A DNA stretch of 64,000 bases from Antedon mediterranea (lineage: Eukaryota; Animalia; Echinodermata): NCBI RefSeq assembly GCF_964355755.1, contig NC_092673.1:1860001-1924000 (forward strand), given 5' to 3'. This document shows positions 48,480-63,000 of this stretch, in pieces; the stretch's first letter is position 1; each line of letters begins with the position of its first letter. The position numbers and the translations under genes are program-made. The notes beneath the pieces were generated by a model. That model ran no database searches, was not told the origin of the DNA, and worked only from the letters and a program-made list of their open reading frames with translations.

Positions 48480-50308
48480 CAGCGTTGCCAGCGATAAAAT
48501 TTAAATTATGCCGTATCCTGTCTCAAATAATGCCAGATTGGGAAAAATAATGCCAGATCCCCAAAATGTGGCCCTAAAGAGCGCCACCAACGGTTGTATG
48601 TCTAATAAACGTTTGTAAAACCCCAACTGACACAAAATAGGGCCTAAATTGTATCCCTATGTCGTTCAAAAATTGTATTTTACTAATAATTCTAAAAATA
48701 TCTGGGGTGCGAAAATGGTAATTGCAAATGACACAAACACCAACCCACGAACCCTTCTCCCCCCCCCCCCACCCCCAAAAAAACCTGTTACAGCCATGGA
48801 AATTTAGAATTTTTGAGCTGAAATATGAGAGCTGCTCGATCTTTGCACTTAATTTCAAATATGAAAGGATCTTAGCCCACCATAATTAGAAAATGGCAAT
48901 TATAATTTAAAATAGGAAATAAAAATATATATTAAGTGTCTCCAGGACCTCAGCCCCACAATGGTTGATAAGAAAATTTTGAAAAATGCTGATGGCCGGA
49001 AATGCCACTTAATTTAAAATATGAAATAAAAATATATTTATTAGTGTCTCCAGGATCTTAGCCCACCATAGTTCAAAAATGGCAATAATTATAATTGAAA
49101 ATAGGAAATCAAAATATATATTAAGTGTCTCCAGGACCAGCCCCACCATGGTTGGGACTGAGGTACAAACATTTGGAAAATAGAGCTGCTCGATGGCCGG
49201 AAAGGGCACTTAATTTCAGATATGAAATAAAAATATATTTATTAGTACCTCCAGGATCTTAGCCCACCATAGTTCGAAAATGGCAATTATAATTTAAAAT
49301 AGGAAATAAAAATATATATTAAGTGTCTCCAGGACCTCAGCTCATGGCTGGTGCTGAGGTAAGAAAATTTGGAAAAATAGAGCTGCTCAATAGGCGGAAA
49401 TGGCACTTAATTTCAAATATGAAATAAAAATATATTTATTAGTACCTCCAGGATCTTAGCCCATCATAGTTTTGAAAATGGCAATTATAATTTAAAATAG
49501 GAAATAAAAATATATATTAAGTGTCTCCATGACCTCAGCCCCACCATGGTTGGGGCTGAGGTACAAAAAAATGGAAAAATAGAGCTGCTCGATGGGCGGA
49601 AATGGCACTTAATTTTAAATAAAAATTACCTCGCCCACATGGTCACTACTGGGGCTGAGAGGTGAAGAACATTTGGAAAAATAGGGTTGCTACGACGATG
49701 CAAATGGAACATAATTTGAAATATGGAAAACAAATTCTCCTAGAAGAAATTCTTTTTAAAATTAGAGCTTCTAATTAGTTACTGGAAATTGCCATTTCAA
49801 GGGTTGGGGTAGGGGTGCGGCCACTTATAATTATGAACTGAAACAACAAAACCCCTTTCATAATGTTTTCGTTCAATTGTCTCTATATCTGGGGATCCAA
49901 TAACCTGCATGGTCTCTGAAATAGAGCAACATAATTGGCCAATAGCTAGCCTCTTCGGATTTGTTGTGCTGCCTATATCGCACACACGGTAGTTTTCGAG
50001 CAGCCTTCCTATCCGAAGAGTCTATTTAAGTCCGAAACAAAAGGATGGAAGAGCTATTGTACGGAAAATCCGAACAGATCTGTTTTGTACGATATGATAT
50101 TGTGTAAGGTGATATGTATTAAATTGCAAGATTAAACAAAATATTTTATTTTTGTTCTGTGGTATATTATTTTTTTGGTTGTTCAAAAAACACAAAATTA
50201 TGCCAGATTATGCTAAAAACGGCTAAATAATGCCGCGGCATTATGCCAGATGCCGTGGGCCTCTAAATAATGCCAAAAAGCATAATAATGCCAGAAATGG
50301 CAACTATG
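48480..50308. mobile_element. Non-autonomous hAT/P-like DNA transposon with 8-bp target-site duplication
   Basis: Ends CAGCGTTGCCA...TGGCAACTATG. Exact flanking direct repeat CTCAAAAC at 48472-48479 and 50309-50316. Subterminal (A/T)ATGCC(AG) repeats at both ends. Confidence 0.8.
48800..49720. repeat. Tandem repeat, ~185-200-bp unit, about 4.5 copies, inside the hAT/P-like element
   Basis: GATCTTAGCCCA recurs at about 48869, 49054, 49255 and 49453. GAGCTGCTC recurs at about 48829, 49182, 49380 and 49582. Confidence 0.85.
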
Positions 50309-51094
50309 CTCAAAACTGCACACAAACTGCGCCAGTACATGTACAGTCCAAAAATACGACTAGGCCGGGAAATACAATGTTGCTATTTTTAGATATGTAA
50401 CTCCAATTGGATTCGCTCATTTTGTGAACGTATTAATATTAATACGTCACTGCTTGTTCATTACACACCATTTTGGTACAATTTATGACTCATCACTCAA
50501 CATTTGTTTTTTTTAAATTTATTAATAAATGCCTGTTAGTGTTACTGTATGATGAAATACAAACAAATTCCTGCATTCTTTCCTCTTTTAATGGGTTGTT
50601 AATGGAACAATTGTCCATGACTACAGAAAATTACAATGACATGATGATTATTCTACCTATATTTTTACTATAACCTTATGCTAAACCCTTTTGACGCATA
50701 TCATAATTTGTTTTTACTCTGGATTTTTTTGTAATCAAAAAGTATGTAATGCATTTTAATTTTACCATGGAGTAAAGAATATTTTACTTTGCAGTGCTTA
50801 CATAATAATAACTGGAAATTAACAAACTCAGGTGGTCCAACATTGACAACCCCGAATACGATGATATGGGACTTGTGAGATACAGTATCCCTCATGTAAA
50901 CTGATGTAAACAATAATATTTAATTATCTACAGACGTACGTAGCACCATTTTCAAAATGCTTTCAATATTATATTCTAGCAATTCGTAAATAACAGTGGA
51001 CTTTCTTTTTGAACTTCAGATTACGAACGTACGTAAAACTTCAATTGTATTTAAAATATTGAATATACGCTAATGAAAATATTAAACTTTGCAT

Positions 51095-52605
51095 TGATGA
51101 AATTCAGGAGAGGCAGGCAAGAATGAACAATTTAATATTTTTCTTAATACCTGAATCTAAGGAAGAGGAAGCTCAGGAGAGGAAGGAGGAAGATATGGAG
51201 GCAATAAAAACAATTATAAAAGGTGTTGTTAAGGACTTAGATTACAATATATAAACTCTTTATCGACTTGGTAAGCGAGTAGAAGGTAAAGTCAGGCCTC
51301 TCAAAGTAGTTTTTCAAACAAGTTTCATGAGTAATGAGATTTTATTAAGAATACGGCAAGCTGGTACCCAGAGTAATGTACAGATTTCAAGAGATCGTAC
51401 ACAGTCTGAGAGGGCAGCGCGAAGAGACTTATGGACTAAGCTAAAAGAGAGACAAGAGATGGGTGAAAAAGATTTAATTATTAGAAATGGCAAGATTGTT
51501 AAAGGGCGTTTTCGCCCCTAATTATCTGAGAGAGACACTACAGGTACAGTTCAAGAAGAAATTTCCGTTATTAATCAAAAAGAAACAATTTCTAAGAAAA
51601 AGTTAGATGAGAAGTTATTATTTAAAAAAGCTGAAATTAAGTTTATGTATTCGAACACCGATTCCTTACTGAATAAAATAGAAGAGTTGCAAATTATAAT
51701 CAAGAAAGTTAATCCAGACGTTGTTTTATTATGTGAGATTCTTCCTAAGCGTTCACTATCAGAAATTCAGCGTGAGGAATTTGTAATAGAAGGTTTTCAG
51801 TTTTTTTGGTCTGGCAATACAGGAAGAGGTATTGGCATTTATGTTAGAGAAGGTACCCGTTACAGAAGTATCTATTGGAAACTTTAAAGAGGCAGTCTGG
51901 GTGGATCTTAAAATTAATAATGATAATACTTTAATAATAAATTGTCCTTTGGATTACATGTTGCACAGAAGGCTTCTATGGCAAACAGAAAATTAGGAAT
52001 GATAAAACGAACGTTTCATTATCTGGATAACTATTTTTTCATGCAGCTGTATAAAACCATAATCAGGCCGTCAATCGAGTATTGCAGTCCTGTTTGGCAA
52101 CATATATATCACAAAGAGTCAGACAAGCTTGAAAAAGTGCAACAGAGAGCAACCCGTTTGGTGTCAGGCATTAGAAGAGATACTTATCTGGATAGATTGA
52201 AACAACTACAACTACCTACTCTTTATTTCAGAAGGCTGAGATCTGCTCTAATCCAGGTTTTTAAAATTTGTAGTCATATTGATAATATAGATGCCAGAAA
52301 TCTGTTCACTTTTGTAGGAGAGTCCAGAACTAGAGGCCATAAATGGAAAATGAATAAAGACATATCTCATCTACGAATTAGACAAAAGTTCTTTACTCAA
52401 AACATATGCAATGTCTGGAAAAAATTACCGTCAACCGTCATAAAATCTGACTCAATCAACCAGTTCAAGTCAAGGCTGGAAAAACACTTGTCTACTTCTT
52501 TCTGCAAGTTTTCCCCCTATAGTAGACAAGATAATATATGAAACACGTCGAGGACACACAAGCTTCGGCTTTATAAGTCTCAACATCAAGTAAATCAAGT
52601 AAAAT
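51095..52605 (+). mobile_element. CR1-clade LINE, 5'-truncated and internally deleted (ORF1 end, endonuclease start, ORF2 C-terminus, short-repeat tail)
   Basis: ORF1-like YRLGKR..KVRPLKVVF and ISRDRT..ER..DLIIRNGKIV. APE start MYSNTDSLLNKIEEL..PDVVLLCE. ORF2 tail ANRKLGMIKRTF..LYKTIIRPSIEYCSPVW..LEKVQQRATRLV..RTRGHKWK. Ends in (CAAGTAAAT)-type repeats. Confidence 0.9.
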
Positions 52606-54042
52606 AGTGTAAAATGTAATGAATTTTACTGATCACATACATTGCATACTTATAATAAGCATTGCCTACCAGACTTAATTTAAACTTCCTTTCAATCCTT
52701 TGTGTACAAAATGGATTTAAAACATAAAAAATGAGACATCAATTGCAATTCTTACATATTATTTACAGCTTTTGTATTTTGAGTGGGAAATTCTGGTTGT
52801 CACATGATTTCAGGATTCATCTAAATTTTATATTAATTTATTATTGCCATTAATTTTGATACTAAAACAATTTTATTCAGGTTAAATTTGTTAAATTTTA
52901 ATTTTTTTTTAAAGATTAAAGAATATAGCTCCAAGAGTAAGCAACTCCTTACCATGAGACATAAACTAAACACAGGAGTAAGAAAAGCATCTTTATTTTA
53001 TGTAAATACTTAGTATATGCAATTAATTCAATTTCATAATATTGTATGTAAATACACTTTTTTTGTTTTACAATTTTAAAATAGCTGAAAAACAGTTTTT
53101 TAACAGTCTGTATGTCTCTCAAAAAGAGAAATAATTGACAATCGAGTCAATTTGTTTGTTGCTCTGTTTCTACCAAATTCTTAATACAATATTTATTTTT
53201 ATTTAACAAACGTTTTACTATTTAAATGACAAAAACTCCAACCTTGTCCCACTAATCAAAATTTGTGTTTGCACCTTAGATATCGGTTAATAAAAACTCC
53301 ATTCAAAATTTAAAAATCTACAGCAAACAACCAATAGTATAATTTGAAAGAAAATAAAAATCTATCTGTCTGTCTGTCCACTTTTCCTACAATCTGGAAT
53401 ATAACTTGGTAGGCCTATACTTACCATACCAATAATTAAAAACCTAAAAATGTAATACCTACTAAAAGTACTATATTCATTATTTCCTCTTTTTTTTACC
53501 CCTTTTTAACACAACCAATACATTTAATCAAAGCATGATTAGATTGAGCCTTTAAAATGATCTGGTTTTTCCCTGCATACAACATTCTACAGCGGTTTAC
53601 AGTTTTCATGAAATTTATATTTTGGGGTAGTTGACTATATTATGCAATTACAAACATACAAAAAGTTATGGTTTTTTATATAGTAAACATCAAGCTTCTA
53701 ACCTTATATACATATAATGCATTAATCAAATGCATTTGGGTAAGTTTGGTAGGTTTAGGAATGTCACATTCACATTTAAAATATTTAATAAACTTCTAAT
53801 TAATATACTTAAAGATCATTTATAATATTTTCTTACTGTAATATCAAAGTTTAATCTAATGAATATACAAGTTAATAATTTAATAATAATTGCGGTTTAT
53901 TTATCAATGACCTTGTATGACCTCGATGAAAAAAACCTTTGCATATGGTTCAAGTGTAATTAATACTGTTTTTAAATAAAGCATTACTATTTGTCATTTT
54001 TCTTGCTACTGGATTGGAACAATAACTTTCACTCCCTGCAGC

Positions 54043-57000
54043 TCAAACGGTTGGTCTGTTTTGTGGCTGGGGTTGAGAACGTTTTTTTTTCTTCCATAGT
54101 TCATAGATAAATTTCACTAGAGCTATGGCCAATGCAAAGATACTGGCAATTCGTACTAATCCGTCATATTCAATCATTAAGCTTAACAAGACTAAGCCTA
54201 AAATACAACAAATTGTCAACCAACCATTCTCTGAAATTAAAAGAGAAAAGAAAGCATTTTAAACATTAAAATTCTCGACTAATTCTTATTGAGATTTAAA
54301 GATTATTTAATTTTTTTTTTATAATTGGTGTTTATCTTTATATTTGTAATTGGTGTTTACTGATATATAAAATAAAAACCAACATTAAAATATTTTTATT
54401 ATTTCATATTTTGTAGGAGGACCACAAAAACATAATTAATAGGTGAAGAAAATATTTTTATTTAGAAATTGCATTTAATTATATATATACATAATATGTA
54501 ATATAATATATGACTATGAGTGAAGTTCAAACTACCTTTGACAAATGTCTGTATTCTTTCTTTCAGGCTAGAAACAAAAATGTACAAACAATTAAAACTA
54601 CAGTGCATTAATAGTATACTTAGCAATTCAGCAGGAGTACAATGTTTATGAGCTAAGATGCAATTATATTATTATGACTCCATGTCATAGGGTATGTGTA
54701 CTTTTTATGATATATGGCATATTAATTGGGCATATATTCAGGATCAAATAGAAACATATACTGAAGGCTGCTCTGTAAATTTGTCTTTAGTGCAACCATG
54801 GAGGAATACCTCCATGGTGAAACGATGGCTAATCAACTTTCCTAATAAATTCTTCTTCAGATTTCATAATTGATATTGGATAAACTAAGCGTATTTAGTA
54901 GAAAAGCAAATGTCATTTTTACAACATTGTATGTGATGCTACATCAAATACTTACCCGAGATTTTGTGGTTGGTGTAAATCTGAAATAAACAATGAAGGC
55001 CAATGAGAATTAAAAATCATGAGTAACAGTAACTATCATTATTATAAAAACAAGGATTTTTTTAATGTAGGAAGAACCTATTAAATAATGTGTACTATTT
55101 AACATTGTAAATATACAAGCACAGTGTTAGTGTCTATGTATATGTAAAGTAATTTACTAAAATGCCAAGTCAATTTTGATAAATAGCAGTTTTTAAAGTC
55201 CTCACTCGCTTTTTGATGTTACGCTAGGCCTAGGCAGCCAAGCACCAAGCAACACGTACCTGCGCTTCGCTCAAATTTACCGCAGTCATATTTTGGACGC
55301 GCCTCAATATTTCGTTGCCATGCGAAACAGATTTTTTTATGGCTTACAAAATATTTCCACTTTTTTTAAAAAAGGTTTTGTGTCTTTCAAATGCTTGGAT
55401 ACGAATGATTAAAAAAAACCAGGGCAAGCATCTTAACCCTTAGACACACATGCTTCATGGTTTACAAGTGCAAATAATCAGCATCTCACAATAAATTTGT
55501 CCTCAATGAAGTTAGATACCAGAAAAACCTGACAGTATGGCTAGAATGTAATAATACACATTGGCTGTGTTGAAAGCTATTTTTTTTTAAACGAAAAATA
55601 ATTGCCAAAAATAAGCATGAGTGAATTCATTTACTATCATTGTCAAAGGTCTTTGGAAGCTGTTGTTTAATATATTATGGTTTCATGATTTCATAGTTTT
55701 AATGGCCTACTGTAATTTGTTACAATGTGTATAAATTGCCAAGAATTTGAAAGGTATGCTACATCATGTCTTTATTAAACACTGTATTGAAATGTGGTTA
55801 TTAGTCGGGTGCAAATGCGACTCTATAGCTCACTATGTCAGTCAGTTGGTCTGTAGGTTGTCGGTTGGTTGGTTGGTCGGTTGGTAACTCAAATTTGCAC
55901 ACGCAACTGCAGCCATGTATATGGCCTTGTTTATGCCTAATGTCTGTATGCAAAAAAGGAATCGTACCTTGTTGATTGGCTTGGTTGACTGATGGAAGTA
56001 ATGCAGAGGTTGTAGAATCATCTTGCACATCTGTGAAAAGTTACATTTTCAGTATGTGATTTGTATTCTATATATATATATTTTTTTTACATTATCTTTA
56101 CTATAAATTTAGTGCAATTAACTACTAACTATTAGAGTCACAAAAACTTATGATGCAGCCGTATTTTGAGGAGATAATGCATGTTGATCTTGGGAATGGG
56201 TGGAGGATTGAATGTTTTTGAGTTTATAATATAAAGTTAGAGTTCAACCAAATTTGTTTATTCGTACTGTTTTATTATTTTGCTATGAGTTGCTGACCGG
56301 AAAAGTTGGGGTGGGTTACTATTTTCAGGTGCCTAATTTAAGATGAGTAATAGTAACCCACTACAGGTAGTGTTATGGCAACCAGGACATGGCTTTGCAA
56401 AATGAGGTAAAACAAATCACACATATTTATGTCCTGGAGACACAAAAACCTAAATAATCCTTAGTGGAGAACAGAAAGAGAAACATAGAAAAGTTTGGGA
56501 TTACCTCTGACTAAGTTGTTACCTTGCTGAATGCATGTTTGGTCTGAAACTGCATCTGTAGGCCTACCAGAAGACATCTCTGTATTAAAAAGGTGAAATG
56601 TGTGTGTATATATAATTCAATTACAAAAAATCATTTCTTTGTCATGGCACAGTACATAATTATTCATTATTTTATCATTATTTTTATAATATCAATAGCA
56701 CCAAAGAGAGCTGTGACAACACACAGTATTTTACAGGTTTGTGGTTTACAAATGTTACTTACCAGTGACTGTTTTAGCCAAAAAGCTTATTTAATCATGT
56801 GACTAAACGTTTACTAGATTTCATTATTGATGGGGATGTCCACTATTTAAGAACTTGGCCACTGTTTATTAAAAACAGTAATTTAATTACACCCTTAAAT
56901 TGACAATTGTGTATTCTGTAATTGCTTGAGTGATCCCACCACCATGTGCTAGCTAGTAACTGAGGTTTTTAGACGTGCAGCAGAGGAGAAATATATTTGT

Positions 57001-60000
57001 CAATTTGTTGAAGACACAACATTTTTTTTCCACATTGGCAATTCAATTCAATTCAATTCAATTCATTTATTTTCCAGAAGACATATAATACTATGTGAGT
57101 ACTCTCCTTCTGGTGCAGACAAAAACAACAAGTTAACAGCAAAAGACGAATGGTTAGCGTGCGCCTAAGCATTGTTACTTTATTGTTGAGATAAATGAAA
57201 TATAATTCAGTTTCTGTTACTACTTTACCTCCAAATAACCGCTTGTAACATCTAACATCAGTCCAAAAATCCTTGCCAGTTATGTTGCAATATAACTTAT
57301 CACCCTTGGATGTATGAAGATTTCGAATGTGCTTTGTTTTCTTATCACTACAACTGCAGAGAATGCATCTCTTGAATGGAATACCCCTTCTACCACCATC
57401 TTTAGATTGTTCAAATGTCTTCTCAACCGTTGACAAAGCCTAAAGATATAAATTGAACACTGATTTAGAGATAACTGTAATAGACAATTTACGAAATACA
57501 ATAACAACTACTTTATTGAACATACAATAAACCAGAAACTATACTAAGGAAGCTAAATGAATTTAAATTAAATAAGTGTATTTTACTCATTTGTAGAAAG
57601 TGTTTTAACCTTTTCCTTTATAATGTTGGTTCTACAATTTAAACCTTAAAGATCGATCTAGGCTTGTGAAAATTGTAAATGTATGTAAATTACCAGATGC
57701 TCATTGTGAAATAGTTCATCTTTTTGTGACAAATAAATGTAAACATATATAAAAAACACCGGAACATGCCCTAGTTCATGAGTTCGAACATCTACCATAT
57801 GGTCTCCGGTATTGGAGTCCTATGTGTAGGACAAAACGAAAACTAAATTCTTTTGTTGCAACTAGTATTAGACTGTTAAAGAAAAGTTCAAAATAAATGT
57901 TGTTCATGGGCCATAATATTATGAAATATGTAAAGAATGAATATGGATCTTGTAGATTTAAGATGTTACCTTTAAATGTGATTTGATTTTTGTATATTTT
58001 AATTGATTATTACTATGTATTTTTCTTAATTTATTATTTCAGTCCTTGTTAAAATTGCCACACGTGGGATGAATAAAGAATAAGAATTGAATTGGATTGA
58101 GTGATAATGAAAACAAACATTTATATCCAATACACAAAAATGGTTTTAAACACTAATCTTAATCTATATATAAATTTATATAAGGGCTCACGTACCATCT
58201 AGTATAAAAAAATATCCAAAACACAATCATAACATACCTTTTGACATGCTTGTGGATAGGGTTCACGCTTCTTGTTTTGTTTAATAGTCATCTGGGAAAA
58301 AAAAACAAATCATTAATATTATAATTTGAGTTGATATGTATGAAAAGTAAATTCTTGAATTGATATTTAGCAGATGTAGGACAATAAATTGGCAATACAT
58401 ATATATTTAAGATGTGTGAATTTGTATTTTAAATATTTTATTAATTGTTATTTTAATATTGTAAATTCAACAATGCTTACTTTGATGCAATAGAGAATTT
58501 GAATATTGAATTTAATTCCAAGGCCCTTACCAAATTAAAAAATAATATATAAATTCTGAAAATGTTTTGGCTTTTGACTATCAACATTATTTAACTTAAT
58601 TATATCAAATTAAAATAAATTTGTGATATTTATTAAATATTCACTAGAGTTTGTACAATACCTTTAACAAGAATTTTCTCTCATCCTTCTTAGTTTTAAA
58701 ATCAACAAGAGATAAAGTCACATGATGATCTTCATCGAGGTAAAGTTCTGCATGATTACACCATAGTTTTGGCTCAAATCCGTCAGATTGAAATTTGGAA
58801 AGGAATTCATTAACTACAAATGGAAACAATACATCTGGCAGATATCCCTCAAAGTCGTAATAGACACTGATAGATTGTGAATCATCAGACACTGGTTTCA
58901 CATCACTTGATGTCTTAAAAGCAAGCCGTAGTGGCACAAAGAATGATCGCTTCACATCTGATTCCTGAAATTGCCATATTTTTTAATTACAAACTTAAGA
59001 TACTATCAACAGACAATAGTACAGTATAAATAACAGAAAATCTAATCTAAAACAAAATTGTTTTCGCATTACAGTAAATCATTTAATGTACATGTTAAAA
59101 ATATCTGTAGAAAGTTCAGAATATGCGATAACCATAAAAGGTGTGTATTCAGTAAAAATTACCCCAATCAATGTATAACATACAGTACTTTACATGCAAA
59201 ATATGAGGAAAAGCGTTAAAGAAACAAAACCTACTGTAGATGTACTTGGCACATCTTGGCTGCTGGTTATCTTCCTCTCACAAATGAAACCGAATTGAAT
59301 CATCAGTTGTATAAGGAAATCAATTTCCCTTCCTTGGTCAACATTAGTATCTTTCCATAATGTTCGCAACAAGTCTTCCTCCAGTATGCCCTTTTCAAGC
59401 TTATCATATGCATCACTATACATTGCAGACTAGAAAATTGTATTTACAGTATTAATATTGTTATTATTAATAATATTCTATTATTCTTTCTGTATTAAAG
59501 TTGAGGTATAATTATAACCGTGGCAGGAGGGATGTTGAGAAGATAAAAATATGAGAAAATAAAAATATGAGAGAATAGGATAGTACATATTTCACCTGTT
59601 ATGCAAATTCACCTATAAAATATAATACTCTATCTCAATAAATAAGAAATGATACTGAAAATAGGCGGAAGGACTAACAATTGCAATTGTCAACAATAAA
59701 ATATTACATGAGCCTACTTGTGAAATTTCTGGGTCAACCACAGTTACAAATTTGGTGATAACTGTAACAAATCGCTCCGGATCCAAAACCACTTGATCTT
59801 TTAATAATTCCTTGTCGGTCATGTAAATAATTTCACCAACATCATACAAGAAGGTAAGCAGGATTGATAGTTCGTTTTCCTCAACGATACCATATGTTCT
59901 TGCCAGCGTTTTGAGCTTTAAAACAAAATAAGAATCATATTATTTATAAAATGTAGGTTTAACAGTATGAAATGTTTTGAGGTATAATTGACATAGTATT

Positions 60001-63000
60001 TCATAGAGAATGTTGAAAATATTGCAAAAATACAAAGTCAGCATCCAGTGAATGTAAAAGATCCTAATGGAATTATATTTTTTGTTTTTGTTTTTTCATG
60101 TTTTCTATTTGGTCAATAATCTTATTATTATTAGCCAGTCTTTGAAGCTAAAGAAATAATAAGTATGATTGAATAATAATCGGTAGTGTAGAGAATTAAT
60201 GTGTTGGTAGTTCCTTTCATTACTATTTATTTTTTGATTCAGAAAATGAAAGATATAAAAAAAGTTAGTTATTCAAAGTAGAGTTAGCCAAAATAATATG
60301 CCTATTTAAAAAATTGAGTAATAATGAGAGCATTTAGGCTATTTTAAGAATTGATTTATCATCACATACTATATGCAAATCAAGAAAAATCAATGTTACT
60401 GTAGGTCCAGGAATAACTAAAAAGTTAATTTATGTTTTAAATGTGTTTAGTTTGTTACAAAATGTATTAAGACAGACAAATATTTTTTGATTTGCTGTGT
60501 AAAATTACAATTTAAATAATTTTTACAATTTTGATAAATGTTTAATACATTTCAACTAACTTAAATAAGAGGTACAGTAAATTTGTTGCTTACACAATCC
60601 TTCAACAACAAAACACAATGACATAATTTACCTCTTCTGAAGAACACACAAGTTTTTCTCTCCTTAGAATAGGTAGATCACATCGTAAACGCATCCAATT
60701 TAAAGGAACTTCAACTTTTAAAGTTTCCTTAAACTCATCAATAACTTTTTTAAGATCACTAAAGCTCTTATCTGTAGTTTCTTGACTGTTTTCAATGGCA
60801 AAATATTGGTGATATACATGTTTTCCGCATGGTTTACTTTTAAGCACATCTCTAATCTCTTTAAATGCCTTCTTCACCTGATTTTAAACATTTAAAGAGA
60901 AGTATGTGTTATGTATTATGAGAACATTGGTCAATACTATAGTTTTATTTGAAATATTTTAATATTTACTATATTTAATTTGATATACTTTAAACATTTT
61001 TTTATATTGTAGGGTTAATCAAAGTTATTTGATACAGTACTCTAGTACTCAGTTTGTTTACAAGCTTTTAAAAAATTTATGTTTTTGCTTGGTTATAAAA
61101 ACAGAAGTAGTCTTAAACTCTTCATTTTGTTCTTCTTCAGTCTCACCAAGCTTACCCTTATGTGTACCCACAATAAGGATAGTTGGTTTGTGAACTTTTC
61201 TATCCATATTTTTTTCTACAATACGAGTATGAACATAAACAGTCTGGATGTAAGATAATATGAACTGTAGGTTGGACCAATGATGTTTACGTTCTTCCTG
61301 TAAAAAAAAGAATACACATTAGTTATCTATTTTTGGATGAATAACAAAATATAAGATTGATTTGCTGTTTTTTTAAATCACAATAAAACTTGAAATGATT
61401 ATTTTATTAATAGAAATGTTAATTTTGGCCCACCTATCTGATATAAAAAACATATTTATGACAGCAAAAACCGGTATAATGTGTAGAGTATTAGGTTCTT
61501 ATAAACTATAATACCCAATTCATACTTACCATATTAGAGTCAGTGACAGTAGCATGGTCATCAAGGGGTTTACTGAGATCAAACACTACGATGTATAGTG
61601 CTTGTCGTGTCATGAACATCTGCAACAAAATAATTTGGTTATACTGTACATATTTTTGTCTTTCGATTCAAATACCTAAACAGTATTTTACTCTTTAGCT
61701 TGTCCCAAACAGGAGTTTCACATAAATTCAAAATAAATAATAAATTATAAATAAATTCTCAATTACACTTAATATTAATTAATATCTGCAACTGCAATAG
61801 CTTTTTCCACAAGCACATTATACAAAGATTATTGAAATTGTTTACAAATAAATGTATTTTAAAAACAATAAAAAAGCCAAACTATTGTCCCTATTTATTT
61901 TCTTTTTCAACAAAAGTTGTCTGTGTGTGTGTTGGGTGTGTTTGTGTACATACATACACACACCCTATCTCCCTCACCCATGTTTCTGAACTTACACAAT
62001 GTATACCATGGTACATCATTTGTCCCCCATGGTCCCAGATGTTAAACGTTTCTTCGAAAGTCTCCTTATTTTCCTCAACTTTCTTCATTACATCCTTATC
62101 TAACTGCTGTTCTATATCAATTGGATTAGTTTCAGTATCTGTTGTGGAAACGTAATTTACATATCATCATTATTTAATAGTAGTCTGGTTACGAGCACAT
62201 TCTGCTAGTTCTAGCAAGAAGGCAATGAAGATGCTCGGAACCATCAAAAGGTCCTTCAAATACATAGACATCAATAGTTTCTCTATTTTATACAGAACAG
62301 GCCACATCTGGAGTACTGTGTACAAGTTTGAAATCCTCGATGGAAAAGGGCGTGATCTTAGGTACTAGAGGACATCCTTGGAAAATCTTCAAACCAAAAT
62401 TATCCAAATCAAGTACAAAGAATAATCAATCATTGGAATGTTCTTCCAATTGTGAGCGCACCACTTTATTAGCTTTCAAAAACAACTTGATAAATATTGG
62501 AATGGTAAGGGGTTTAAAAGGCTTAGCCTAGAAACGCAAGTGTAAGTGCTCATTGTGCAAGCTTCTTACACAATTTTAAGTCGCACAAGAAAAATTGCTT
62601 AATTAACCTCTTCCATACAAAAGAATAAATTGTAGCAGTGTGCAGTGATCAGTCTCTCAGAACTGCACATGTTAAAAGTTACAAATCTACATCATCACTA
62701 CTACCATAATACATTTTGCCATGTGAAGTGAAGTTACATACGTTTTGCAGTTGATTTCTTTTCAGCCTGACAAATAAAATGAAAATATAAAATAGAATTA
62801 ATTTCATTTTTCTTCTCATAATTTCAGTTATGTTTCATTACAATATTTCGCTGTATATATCCAAATTTCATAATACATTATAAATTACAGTACTGTACTC
62901 ACATTTTGCTTTGTCTGATTTGATGCACCATCTTGTTCTGCATTCATGTCAGTTGTGTCATTGGTATTTTTTAAGTATAAGGTTGATAGGTAGATAGGTT

